This document shows positions 9,284 through 19,053 of a stretch of DNA of 64,000 bases, in pieces; positions within the stretch are counted from its first letter, which is position 1, and each line of letters starts with the position of its first letter. The position numbers and the translations under genes were made by a program. The notes beneath the pieces were generated by a model. That model saw only the letters and a program-made list of their open reading frames with translations. It made no database searches and was not told the DNA's origin. Source of the DNA: a virus (Duplodnaviria; Caudoviricetes). The stretch spans positions 2,163 to 66,162 of the IMG/VR virus record IMGVR_UViG_3300024290_000003; one strand, 5' to 3'.

Positions 9284-12200
9284 ATGAAGAGCGTTTTGAT
9301 GCTGGCGGCGCTGGTCAGCCTCCCGTTGAGTGCTCAGTATCGACTGATCCCCAACCCGGCGACCGGCAATATGGACTTTGTTACTACCGTTGTAGGCAGC
9401 GGCAATACAAACGGAGGCGTGTACATTGACTCAAACGGGCAATTCCACGCGACGGCCACTGGCGGTGCAGGGACGTTGTGCTGGACTAGCGCCAATGGCG
9501 GCGCTCCGGTCTGGGGTGCTTGCTCCGGTTCGGCAGCCACAGCATTCTCGGCGCTAACCGGAAGCACGAATACGTCTGCCGCGATGGTAATTGGCAGCGG
9601 CGCGTCATTGACCTACACGGGCACCGGAACGATCAACGCGGGCCTCATCAATAGCGTCGCGCTCTCTTCGCTCGGCACGGGGATACTTAAGAACACCACG
9701 GCTACCGGGGTTCCTTCGATTGCAGTGGGCGCTGATATCCCTGCTGTCGGTACTAGCGGCCAAGTCCCGTACAACAACGGCTCCGGCGCGTATGCCGCCG
9801 ATTCCGGGCTGGCGTATAACAGCGGCACTAAGGCGCTAGGCGTTATCGGGACCGTCACGACCGGGCAATCGGGTACTGGCACCGGGGCGGTCAAGTTCAA
9901 TGGCACGACTTCGGGCACCGTTACAGAGACAGTCTCGGCGGCGGCCGGTTCGGGCACCTTCCTGTGGCCAGTTCTCGGGGCATCGAACAATACGGCGGCG
10001 GTCATTCCATCGACGGTCACGCCGGCGGATAACGACTGCGCCAAATTCACGGTAGTCGGAGGCGTGGCGACGCTGAACACTGCCGGCGCTGCTTGCGGTA
10101 GCGGCGGAGGTACTCCTACCTTCCCCATCACAGTGGGCGGCACGGTGAACTCTGGCGGCATCCCGTACTTCAGCGGGGCCACAACCGAATCCTCCTCCGC
10201 TGCCCTGACCGCCAACAACCCCGTGATCGGCGGTGGCGCTGGTGTGGCGCCGTCCTCTGGCACGCGAACGGGGAACACCACGGTCTTCGCTACCTCCACC
10301 GGCGCTCTGACCAACGGCCATTGCCTGCAAGTGGACGCGAACGGTAACGTAGTGGATTCCGGTTCGACCAACTGCGGCGGCGGGGGATCGGTCGCATGGT
10401 CGGGAATCGGGAATGCTACGGCGGACCTGACGCTTGCCAATGTCGGCTTCAACACGACCTTCAACCAGACCAGCGCGACAAATTGGAAATGGGCGAACAC
10501 GACCGCAGCCGTCGTTGGCACTTCGCAAAGCTCTCCGATCCTCAATCTCTGCGGCACCGCCTTTCATGGGTCGGCTTCGGTAGCGGATTGCTTGACGCTG
10601 CAAGATATTCCAGGGGCAGGCAACGACGCCGCGATCACGTTCGCGGTAGGGCACCCCGGCCCCTCGAACGGCACCGTCACGACCACCTTCCCCGGCCCGG
10701 TCCAAGCCGGATCGTCGGGTGGCGTCGGCGGTTCTTTAACTCTTCCTGAAGGCACTGCGGCCTCGGCGTCCGCCTCGAACGATGTCTGCTATGGAGACTC
10801 AACGCTCCATGGAGTCAAATGCGCGTTTAACAACGGCTCGTTCCTGAACCTGCCACTAGAGACAGGGACCATGACGTCAGGCGACGTGGTGAGCGTGAAC
10901 GCCACTACGAACTTGATCCAAGATGCAGGGTTCCTCGCATCTAACGTGGTTCGCAAGGATGCTTCTAACACGGCAGGGGCGTCCATGGTGCTCGATATGA
11001 GCGCGGCGTCCGCTACGACCGGTCTAAGAATACCTACGGTGGCGGGCGCGATCCCTACTGTCGATGGCTTCCTGGCCAGCAACCTAACCAATCACACACT
11101 GGCGTTTGGCTCGAACGGAAATACCGGAGTAGCTGCGATGGCGGCGACAGGTACCGGCACGGCCACAACCTGCACCAATCAGGTAGTGACAGCCGTGAGT
11201 GGTGTGGCGGTGCCGACGTGTACGACCATTGTAGGCGGCATGATAGCGTCGTCCACAATCGATCTAACAAGCAAAGTGACTGGCGTGCTACCTAGCGCGA
11301 ATGGCGGAACCGGAGTGAACAATACGGCCACGCTGACCCTCGGATCGTCGAATCAGAACTGGGCGACACTCGGGACAGGCATCGTCAAGAATACGACGAC
11401 GACAGGTGCGTTGAGCGACGCGGACGCGACCGACATGGCGACGATCAGCTATGTCGCGGGCGGTGGTACAGCACAAGCCCAGACCGCGACCTACTCTCCA
11501 GCAATCGGCTCGCTCGTTGCTGGCACCAGGGTATGCTGGCTTCCTGCCGCGGCCAATACCGCCGCCGCCCCGACCTTCGCTCCGAACGGATTGACGGCCC
11601 ACACTATCGTGAAGGCAGGCGGGGCGCTGGTGGCGAATGACATTATCACGACTGCAATAGCGTGTGCGATCTATGACGCAACAGGAACTCAGTGGGAACT
11701 TCAAAATCCACAGACAGTGGCAGCGGGTGGCTCTGGCTACACGACAATTGACACGACAGGACCGGGCGGGGCACTCCCCGCCACAACCGCGCAGACGCAA
11801 AGAGCTACTTTTAATTATCAGTATCCCTTGGTAGCTCAAGACAATTCAGGCAGCACCCGGACTGACGTTTCGATTGTGGGCGCTTGTGACCCAAGAAAAT
11901 ACGCTTGCGAATATGATGAGTTCCTAGGAACAACCTCTACAGGCGGTCTTATCAATGGCGGATTGGGATTTACCATCAACGGTACAGGAGGCACTGGTTC
12001 CGTTATCACATCTTCCCCCACCGGAACTTATGGGGTCTGGCAATGTGCTACGGATACCACCAACGGACACAATTGCGATTTTTCACAGGTCACTGCTCCT
12101 TACACCATTTGGGGAAACAAGACCTTTGATATTCAGTTTCGCGCAGCCATAAGCGCAACAACGTCCATATCGTTTTTTGGAGGCGTTAGCGTTGGTAACG

Positions 12201-12547
12201 CTGGTGAAGCAAATTCCGACTACCTCGGCATCGGATACGACACAAGTCAAGGCACTCCCGATACTACGTATATGTGCGTAGCAGCTAAAAGTGCCGGGGG
12301 CGTGACGCGAACTTCCATAGCGGCAGCCCCTGCGGTGGATACTGGGTTTCACACTTTCCGCATTAGGTCTACCACGGCCGGCACGATACTGTGCTCGGTT
12401 GATGGCTCAGCAGAAACCACAGTAACAGGCGCGGCTGTGCCGAATACGAATGCGCTGTCCCCGGACTTCAGCGTCATAACCAGGACAACGGCAGCGCGGA
12501 ATTTTCAAGCTGATTTTTGGATGTCTTCTATTGCGATAACTAGATAG
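9284..12547 (+). CDS. Large fibre/adhesin-like protein with signal peptide and C-terminal lectin-like domain
   Basis: AGGAG RBS; MKSVLMLAALVSLPLSAQ signal; G/T/A/S-rich fibre repeats (LGTGILKNTT twice; TGVLPSANGGTG). Confidence 0.7.
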   Translation: MKSVLMLAALVSLPLSAQYRLIPNPATGNMDFVTTVVGSGNTNGGVYIDSNGQFHATATGGAGTLCWTSANGGAPVWGACSGSAATAFSALTGSTNTSAAMVIGSGASLTYTGTGTINAGLINSVALSSLGTGILKNTTATGVPSIAVGADIPAVGTSGQVPYNNGSGAYAADSGLAYNSGTKALGVIGTVTTGQSGTGTGAVKFNGTTSGTVTETVSAAAGSGTFLWPVLGASNNTAAVIPSTVTPADNDCAKFTVVGGVATLNTAGAACGSGGGTPTFPITVGGTVNSGGIPYFSGATTESSSAALTANNPVIGGGAGVAPSSGTRTGNTTVFATSTGALTNGHCLQVDANGNVVDSGSTNCGGGGSVAWSGIGNATADLTLANVGFNTTFNQTSATNWKWANTTAAVVGTSQSSPILNLCGTAFHGSASVADCLTLQDIPGAGNDAAITFAVGHPGPSNGTVTTTFPGPVQAGSSGGVGGSLTLPEGTAASASASNDVCYGDSTLHGVKCAFNNGSFLNLPLETGTMTSGDVVSVNATTNLIQDAGFLASNVVRKDASNTAGASMVLDMSAASATTGLRIPTVAGAIPTVDGFLASNLTNHTLAFGSNGNTGVAAMAATGTGTATTCTNQVVTAVSGVAVPTCTTIVGGMIASSTIDLTSKVTGVLPSANGGTGVNNTATLTLGSSNQNWATLGTGIVKNTTTTGALSDADATDMATISYVAGGGTAQAQTATYSPAIGSLVAGTRVCWLPAAANTAAAPTFAPNGLTAHTIVKAGGALVANDIITTAIACAIYDATGTQWELQNPQTVAAGGSGYTTIDTTGPGGALPATTAQTQRATFNYQYPLVAQDNSGSTRTDVSIVGACDPRKYACEYDEFLGTTSTGGLINGGLGFTINGTGGTGSVITSSPTGTYGVWQCATDTTNGHNCDFSQVTAPYTIWGNKTFDIQFRAAISATTSISFFGGVSVGNAGEANSDYLGIGYDTSQGTPDTTYMCVAAKSAGGVTRTSIAAAPAVDTGFHTFRIRSTTAGTILCSVDGSAETTVTGAAVPNTNALSPDFSVITRTTAARNFQADFWMSSIAITR

Positions 12548-12562
12548 CTCAAACAAACCATA

Positions 12563-13426
12563 ATGGACATTTTCGTAGTTTTGTTATTAGCTCAAACTCT
12601 GAACTCTGGAGTGCTGAGCAATGGCGCAGCGCTGGGTTCATCCTCATGGGTAGGCGGAACGATTGTTGTCGAGGGCGACTCAATCCCCGCCAACACCGGA
12701 GAATTGAGCAATACTGTGACAGCAGACCGCTATGGGGATCAACTCGTCAGCGCACTGCTTGGCAGTTCCGGGCATTCCTATGCATACTTCAACGTCGCTC
12801 GGGGCGGTACGTGCGTCGGGCTTACATGCTCGCTCCTACCCTCTATGTTATCGGTAGCCGCAGCCAACGTAGATGCTCATTTTAATGCTACCAGTGGTTG
12901 GAAAAACGTGGCCATCCTGAATGGCGGCTATAATGACTACTACAACTCCCAGACCGTCGCCCAGATCAAAGCAGATATCCATACATGGCTCTGCACTCGT
13001 AAGAATGTAGGGTTTAAGGTGGTCGTAGTGACGCCCACTAGCGGCCCGAATTTTAACGGAGTCTCGCCGCCTGGCACGAGCGCTTCTCAGGGACAGGCCG
13101 ACCGACAGGCGATTCGGGATGATTTAGTAACACCGAGAACATGCACCGACGTAAACGGCGCTTGGGCCTTTAACGTTCCAGATGCTGTCGCGGACCTATT
13201 TTCTGACACGGAGGTGGGTTGTCAGACATGCTATACGATCGGCACCGATGGCAGCAACCCGAGTGCTCATTGTCAATTTTTAGCAGGGCCGCATCCGACA
13301 GGTCCGACAGGCAAGGCTGCGCAGGGTGGGTGCGGAGGTATTAGCACTGATAACGGATACCAGAGATTTGCTTCAACGTCTCCATTCTCTCTAAAATCGG
13401 CACTCTCAACTATCGGGATCAATTGA
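12563..13426 (+). CDS. SGNH/GDSL hydrolase family protein (likely exported)
   Basis: Blocks VVEGDSI, NVARGG, GGYND, GPHPT. Confidence 0.75.
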   Translation: MDIFVVLLLAQTLNSGVLSNGAALGSSSWVGGTIVVEGDSIPANTGELSNTVTADRYGDQLVSALLGSSGHSYAYFNVARGGTCVGLTCSLLPSMLSVAAANVDAHFNATSGWKNVAILNGGYNDYYNSQTVAQIKADIHTWLCTRKNVGFKVVVVTPTSGPNFNGVSPPGTSASQGQADRQAIRDDLVTPRTCTDVNGAWAFNVPDAVADLFSDTEVGCQTCYTIGTDGSNPSAHCQFLAGPHPTGPTGKAAQGGCGGISTDNGYQRFASTSPFSLKSALSTIGIN

Positions 13427-14769
13427 AATTCCTCCCACGACTAATCATGCGGCCTGCGGCGTTGTTATTGCTGTTCGGATGCCGGTTGCTGGCGCAACCC
13501 GATATCACCACAATCAACTTCGGTAACGTGCGCCAGGACAATGTGCCGTATCTTCAGACTGTGACTGTCTCTGGCGCTGGAGCAGTATCGAAAGGGGCCT
13601 GTACAGACGTCGCCGCACCTGCCCCATTTGGGACTAACGCCCTATGCAACTCTGGCAACCTGCACGTCGATATCGACGGCGCATTCTCGCCTCCGACGCA
13701 GAAGATCCAGGTCTGGATCGCGGGGCCGACTAACATCGGCACCTATCAATCCACACAGGTCATCACCGGGTGTTCGGTCGGGTGTCCGTTCACTATCACG
13801 GTCAACCTGACCGGCGTAGCGTGGACTCCAGCCCTTTTCACCACCATCGGCGGCGGCCCCTGCGTCGGATGTACGAATTCCGACCCTGGATTTCAAGACA
13901 CCGACACCGCCAATAAGGATTCATTCATGCTCAAACTACTGATCACCGCAAGTCTGTTGTGCGCCTGTGCGTTTGCGCAGTGCGGGAAGTTGGTCGTCAA
14001 CCCGGTCACGGGGCAACTGGACTGCGTAGGCACTGCTGCTGCCGTCACATCCAACCCGTTCGACATGACATCCTTCGTAGTTCGGGAAAACTGGCTGAGC
14101 GATGCTCCATCGGCTACGAATGCGGTCGGTACATACGGCGTTGGCTTTTCAAACACCGGAGGCAATTCGTACACACTGACTGCTGGCCCTGATTTCAACC
14201 ATCACCACTTCATCCGTATGGGCGTCACCAACACCAATAATAACGATGCGTGTTATGTGATGTCCATGAATCAGGCTACGGTTCAGACCCTAGTGCTTGC
14301 AGGACTGAACGCCCCAGGGTCTGGGCAGGTAGAGTTTGGTGGAGTATTCAGGGTTCCAGCCATTACGAACGTCAATGTACGAATTGGTCTAACTGGGGCA
14401 GGACTGCCGACCTGCCAGAGCGCCGAGACGGTTGCGGAAGGGGTTTACCTCCGCTTCTCTACGGGTTCCTCCGATACTACTTGGAAATTCATCACTTCTG
14501 CCGCAAGCGCGAACACTGTTACCGACACCGGTGTGGCCGTTACGGCTGGCACTTGGTATCTGATACGGATCTACATCAACGCGGCCAATACCTGGAAAGT
14601 TGACATCACTCCAGGCGGCGGAGCGACCACCACAAAGACCAATACGACCAATATTTCAACGGCCGCCTTAAGCCCGAATATCTATCTAAAGACGCTGTCA
14701 ACCGTAGCAAATAATCTGGATATCCTGCCCCCTACAGTATTTGATATTACAGGGAGGATCGTGCCGTGA
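13423..14769 (+). CDS. Composite ORF: truncated secreted protein (13447-13926) in frame with a second secreted lectin-like gene starting at 13927
   Basis: Two signal peptides (MRPAALLLLFGCRLLAQ; MLKLLITASLLCACAFAQ after AAGGA at ~13915); C-terminal domain resembles that of 9284-12547. Confidence 0.6.
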   Translation: MKFLPRLIMRPAALLLLFGCRLLAQPDITTINFGNVRQDNVPYLQTVTVSGAGAVSKGACTDVAAPAPFGTNALCNSGNLHVDIDGAFSPPTQKIQVWIAGPTNIGTYQSTQVITGCSVGCPFTITVNLTGVAWTPALFTTIGGGPCVGCTNSDPGFQDTDTANKDSFMLKLLITASLLCACAFAQCGKLVVNPVTGQLDCVGTAAAVTSNPFDMTSFVVRENWLSDAPSATNAVGTYGVGFSNTGGNSYTLTAGPDFNHHHFIRMGVTNTNNNDACYVMSMNQATVQTLVLAGLNAPGSGQVEFGGVFRVPAITNVNVRIGLTGAGLPTCQSAETVAEGVYLRFSTGSSDTTWKFITSAASANTVTDTGVAVTAGTWYLIRIYINAANTWKVDITPGGGATTTKTNTTNISTAALSPNIYLKTLSTVANNLDILPPTVFDITGRIVP

Positions 14770-16967
14770 TGCCCGTGACGTTACGTTTGCTATTGCTGTG
14801 CTTTCCGGTTTGTGCGTGGTCCCAAATCACACTCGGTACCTTTCCGTTGAGCGGTGGAGAAGTCTGTCCTGCGAATCCAGCCCTGTTGTTTCAAGAAACT
14901 GGTCCAAACTCTGACGGCACGGGTCCCCCGAATGGTCAAGTTGCGTACGCACAATGCGTAGGCATCGCTACATCCAACGGCACACTGACGGTTGGCGCGT
15001 GGGTAGGCGACACGTTTTCGATGATGAAAACGCGACTGTGTACACCGGCATCGAAGGGACAGCCGTGCGTCACCGCTACTTCTGCACCCGCGTTGCTCTG
15101 GATCTACAGCGATGACACTACGTTCTTCTTCAAGACTGCTGGCACGTCCGTAACGCCGTCTGTCACCATCACCGACCAGGGCACCGGTTCCCAGACAATC
15201 AACGTCACATATCAGATGGTGCAGAACCCGGTAAAAGTCAAGTACACGTCACTCGCAAAACAGGCGGGCTGCACACAGTCCGATACGCACGTGTTTCGCC
15301 AAGGGGACCTGGACACGTGCGGTGCAAACAAGCCGTCAACGTTCTGGTCAAACAGCGGTGCCGTGCTTGCAACGGGAGCGAAGCTGGTAGATTCCATTTT
15401 CGGACTCATCATGACTGTGATTACTCCCACCGAACGCACACAGACACAGGACGCGATAGAGTCTCCATTCAACTGCGTGCCCTACTGCGCCGGTACGCCG
15501 CTTGTGAGCACCGTGGACATGGCCGGTTTTCAATTCCTCACCAACCCCGACACAGGCGGCGACGTTTGGACGAGCACCCCGGCAGGTGGACCGAACACGT
15601 TGAGATTTTTTGGCAACGACTGGCGTACCGGCATGTATTACACACAGTCTGACTTGAACATTCACAAAGTCACGTTCACCGCCGCGCCGAGCACCTGGAC
15701 GGATACGCCCTACTCATTCACTCCAGGTGACGGTGGAACGGCGACAGTGTTGGATCCTAATCGGGATGGGGAATTGTCGCCCGATAACTGGGGCTGTGCA
15801 ATATTCAAAGGCGGAACCAGCCGAAGCGCCGCGTTTGTAGACTTCAACACCTCGCCATACACACTGCATCAATTCAGTTATCAAATCGGCTCCATTGCTT
15901 CCAACCCGGATGTCTGTCAAGTGTCGATGGGCGTGGATCGTGTTTCCGGCTACCGCTACATGATAATCGTTTACAGCGACACAGCCCGGTACGCCCCGCG
16001 ACTGTTCGGTTACAACCCAACAACCAATGCGGTGACTGATTTGGGGTGGATGCCGATGATTCCGTTTTCCCCAACCGTATCCGGCAACCTTTGGTTTGGT
16101 AAAGCCACAAGCGATGCGGCGGTACAGGACAACAATTCAAACGCCTACATCTGGGGACACGCGACATGGGTGCAGCGCAATGGGATTCAGTACATCACCG
16201 ACGCCGGACTCGACATCAACCGGCACACGCAGTGGGGGATGGTGGGATTGATTCGGGTGAATGCCGGGTTGAACATGATGGTAGACGAAGCGTTCGGCGG
16301 CGGGATGACGGTCGTGCAAACCATCTTCACCAACGGTGCCCAATTCGACACTCACATTGCAGCCGCGAAAGCCCCGAATTCCGCCCGAATTGTAATCCTC
16401 GTTTCTTCCGAGTACTACACACAGGCGAATGCAATCACGGGGATCACAAATGGTGCGAGCCCTAACTTGACGATAGGAAGTCACACTTTTCTGGCGAACG
16501 ACCCGATACACATTAGCGGCGTACCGGGATGCACAAATGCCAACGGACCCACCACTGTTACATCCGTGCCCGATGGCACGCACATCATAGTGAATTCCTT
16601 CACTTGCAACTCGCCTTGGATACCCACGACTAACGGGCACGGTAGTAACTGCGGGAGCGGTGGAGCGGTGGCGCGCGACGTTAACAACGTGAATTTCCCG
16701 CACGTCATCGAAGCGGTGCTGTACATCCTGGACGAGTACGGCAATTGGGAAGTGCGACGGATAGGACGGCTCCCTCACATGGTATACTCTTCCGGCTATT
16801 GCTTCACAGCCGGGTACTTCGACCAGCCGCGTTGTTCACTCAACTTCACAGGTGAACAGGCGGCTTGTGCTGTCAACCCGAACGGAGTAGACCAGTTGCA
16901 AGTCATCACGTTCCGCACCGGGTATAGGGACACTCCTCCAGCATGGAAGTGCTGTTACGCTTATTGA
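14766..16967 (+). CDS. Secreted Cys-containing beta-rich (propeller-like) protein with FCCH-like domain
   Basis: Signal LRLLLLCFPVCAWSQ; ITGITNGASPNLTIGSHTF...ISGVPGCTNANG domain. Confidence 0.65.
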   Translation: MMPVTLRLLLLCFPVCAWSQITLGTFPLSGGEVCPANPALLFQETGPNSDGTGPPNGQVAYAQCVGIATSNGTLTVGAWVGDTFSMMKTRLCTPASKGQPCVTATSAPALLWIYSDDTTFFFKTAGTSVTPSVTITDQGTGSQTINVTYQMVQNPVKVKYTSLAKQAGCTQSDTHVFRQGDLDTCGANKPSTFWSNSGAVLATGAKLVDSIFGLIMTVITPTERTQTQDAIESPFNCVPYCAGTPLVSTVDMAGFQFLTNPDTGGDVWTSTPAGGPNTLRFFGNDWRTGMYYTQSDLNIHKVTFTAAPSTWTDTPYSFTPGDGGTATVLDPNRDGELSPDNWGCAIFKGGTSRSAAFVDFNTSPYTLHQFSYQIGSIASNPDVCQVSMGVDRVSGYRYMIIVYSDTARYAPRLFGYNPTTNAVTDLGWMPMIPFSPTVSGNLWFGKATSDAAVQDNNSNAYIWGHATWVQRNGIQYITDAGLDINRHTQWGMVGLIRVNAGLNMMVDEAFGGGMTVVQTIFTNGAQFDTHIAAAKAPNSARIVILVSSEYYTQANAITGITNGASPNLTIGSHTFLANDPIHISGVPGCTNANGPTTVTSVPDGTHIIVNSFTCNSPWIPTTNGHGSNCGSGGAVARDVNNVNFPHVIEAVLYILDEYGNWEVRRIGRLPHMVYSSGYCFTAGYFDQPRCSLNFTGEQAACAVNPNGVDQLQVITFRTGYRDTPPAWKCCYAY

Positions 16968-17722
16968 TAGTAGAAGGTTACGGCAAGAGCTAGCACCGGA
17001 CCAAACAGCCATGCTATCCAGGCTATGCCACGGTATCGAATCCATCCATTGCGGGCTGAAACAACCAACAGAAACGAAATCGATATCAGCAGTAGCAGCA
17101 TCGATCTTGGCTCAGGTACGGCAGAGGTTTCAGGCGACGGCGGGTCCGTTGCGGTTACCGACAAGATGTAGATGGATGACGTTACTGTATTGCTTCCGGC
17201 TGATGTTGCTTTGAGATCGACTCCCCAGGAAACTGGTTGATTGGCGGTAATCGGCTCATTCATCGTAAAACTTCGCGTATGAGGGGTTTGGTCTCCCTGC
17301 TCTACCGAGAAGCTTCCCGCTGGCTGGTTGTTGAAAAAAAAGTCGGCATCTACAGCTCCGTTCCCCAGATCTAGGATTATCGAATACGCAATATCGAACG
17401 TTACTGACAGAGTTCCGCTAGAGGTTGGGATCGTCGATTCGTTCCACAAAAAATCAGACTGCGCCTGGGCGCTATTGCCGATGTATCCAAAGCCCACCAC
17501 GGAAGCAAAAGCCCCATCTTTTAGAGTCGGGGTCCCGGAGATTGCAATCATTCCAAAGTATCCATCCGGGCAGGTGGCTTGCTGGTCGCCGCTCCCAGAC
17601 GCCGAAACCGAAACGTATTGCAATGAAGAGTTACGGCATGTAGTTGAAACCGCACTTGTGATTGTAGAGCAATTCAACGACAAATGGAGGGCGGCGGTAA
17701 AGAGCAGTAGGATGCGCACCAT
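16961..17722 (-). CDS. PEP-CTERM sorting domain protein
   Basis: Signal peptide, Ser/Thr-rich body, VPEPRSMLLLLISISFLLVVSAR motif plus TM. Confidence 0.8.
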   Translation of the reverse strand: MVRILLLFTAALHLSLNCSTITSAVSTTCRNSSLQYVSVSASGSGDQQATCPDGYFGMIAISGTPTLKDGAFASVVGFGYIGNSAQAQSDFLWNESTIPTSSGTLSVTFDIAYSIILDLGNGAVDADFFFNNQPAGSFSVEQGDQTPHTRSFTMNEPITANQPVSWGVDLKATSAGSNTVTSSIYILSVTATDPPSPETSAVPEPRSMLLLLISISFLLVVSARNGWIRYRGIAWIAWLFGPVLALAVTFYYQ

Positions 17723-17769
17723 AGCGGCTTGTGGACGCCAGCGCAGGGGCGAAACGTTTCGCGGAAATT

Positions 17770-18249
17770 ATGAGCTTCTATACCGAGATAATCCAGCACG
17801 ATCCACGGTTCCACTCGAACGATAGTATCCGCGACTTGAATCTCCTAGAGCCGATAACCCGCCGTGCGGTGGAGAACATCATTGCAGATGCCGCTGTAGC
17901 AAATATCACGCTCATGGTCACGGAGACGTTTCGATCAAAGGAACGGCAGGTGGTTCTCTTCAATCAAGGGGCGTCGCATCTGAAGGATGTCGGGGTTCAC
18001 CATTACGGACTGGCGTGCGATTTCGCCAAGGTCATTGACGGCAAGCCGTCATGGGCTGGCGATTGGGGTTTTCTGCGCGATCTAGCTAAAAAGCACGGCC
18101 TAATAAGCGGGCTCGACTGGGGGCAGCCATACGCGAAGCATTCCTTTGTGGACCCGGATCATGTACAGAGGATCATGATTTGGGAGCAGGCACGTTTGTT
18201 CAGCGGAGACTGGTACCCGGCTGATCCAAGCATAGAAATAGCGGTATGA
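17770..18249 (+). CDS. Endolysin, M15 family (L-Ala-D-Glu peptidase-like)
   Basis: TETFRSKERQ, HHYGLACDF, DPDHVQ zinc-peptidase motifs. Confidence 0.85.
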   Translation: MSFYTEIIQHDPRFHSNDSIRDLNLLEPITRRAVENIIADAAVANITLMVTETFRSKERQVVLFNQGASHLKDVGVHHYGLACDFAKVIDGKPSWAGDWGFLRDLAKKHGLISGLDWGQPYAKHSFVDPDHVQRIMIWEQARLFSGDWYPADPSIEIAV

Positions 18250-18280
18250 CGGCGCAAAAAGATCGACTCGTTCAAGTTCT

Positions 18281-18454
18281 TCAAGGGTGTGTAGGTGAAT
18301 CTGCACCCTGTCGCCATTCTGCTGGAGTCCATTCCGGGTGACCCATCATGCGATGGTCTCTTGCGTCCCGCCTGTTATTTATCGCGCTAAGGATCAGACC
18401 GGAGCCTAAAAATATGACGCCGATTATTTTAAGTGCGAATGCCAAGAGATCCAT
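18281..18454 (-). CDS. Small single-TM moron protein
   Basis: MDLLAFALKIIGVIFLGSGLILSAI preceded by GAGGAG. Confidence 0.5.
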   Translation of the reverse strand: MDLLAFALKIIGVIFLGSGLILSAINNRRDARDHRMMGHPEWTPAEWRQGADSPTHP

Positions 18455-18464
18455 TGCAACTATT

Positions 18465-18644
18465 CTACTCCTCGCGGCCACGCTCCACGCCACGACGTGG
18501 TACTTGAAACCATATCGCGCCGGCTGCGAGGAAAGCGGAGATCGGGCGCACCCATGCTATCGTATGATCCGCGCTTAACACGAAGAGCGCCGCGCTTCCG
18601 GCCAAAGCAACTAAATACGGTGCCCATTTCTCTGCTTTCATCAT
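18465..18644 (-). CDS. Small two-TM moron protein
   Basis: MMKAEKWAPYLVALAGSAALFVLS...; AGAGG upstream. Confidence 0.45.
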   Translation of the reverse strand: MMKAEKWAPYLVALAGSAALFVLSADHTIAWVRPISAFLAAGAIWFQVPRRGVERGREE

Positions 18645-18712
18645 GAAACCTCTACTCATTCTACTACTGGCCTTCTCGCTTCGCGCCGCCGACGTGCGCG
18701 TGCTCTGCACGC
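18643..18712 (+). pseudogene. Remnant duplicate of the 5' end of gene 19054-19800
   Basis: MKPLLILLLAFSLRAADVRVLCTP versus MKPLLVSLLLIVAIRAADVKVLCTP. Confidence 0.75.
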
Positions 18713-18716
18713 CGTC

Positions 18717-19052
18717 TCACGCAGGATCGGCTGGAGCCACGAGCTGAACATCAGTGATAAACACATTACTTGGATTTGTGCTGGTGCCGAAGATCGGCCG
18801 CTGCCATTCGGTTGGGATATCGAGCTGATCGAGAAGGGTCTTGCCGGGTTGAGACGGCTCAGGTTGAAGTGCATACCGCAGAATATTCAAGTCTTCTTTT
18901 AGACCGCCAAGTATCGGAGTGCCATCGTCCATTACCCCTTCGTGCGCGAATTGCGGGAGCCGCTTGCAAATGTCTTCCTGTTGTCGCACTCGCTCCTTGA
19001 GCAAAACGTTGAGCATGTGAATCGCCCGTTTTCGTAGTTGGATTTGATCCAT
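18717..19052 (-). CDS. Hypothetical moron protein
   Basis: MDQIQLRKRAIHML..., AGGAGAGG RBS. Confidence 0.55.
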   Translation of the reverse strand: MDQIQLRKRAIHMLNVLLKERVRQQEDICKRLPQFAHEGVMDDGTPILGGLKEDLNILRYALQPEPSQPGKTLLDQLDIPTEWQRPIFGTSTNPSNVFITDVQLVAPADPA

Positions 19053-19053
19053 A

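Noticed and set aside
9613-10705. Long reverse-strand ORFs opposite large genes (also 26450-27388, 28397-29377, 40184-41125, 56204-57022)
   Set aside because: Antisense shadows expected in GC-rich coding DNA; no recognisable motifs.
11880-14769. Diversity-generating retroelement acting on the paralogous lectin-like domains
   Set aside because: No reverse transcriptase and no near-identical TR/VR pair differing at adenines.
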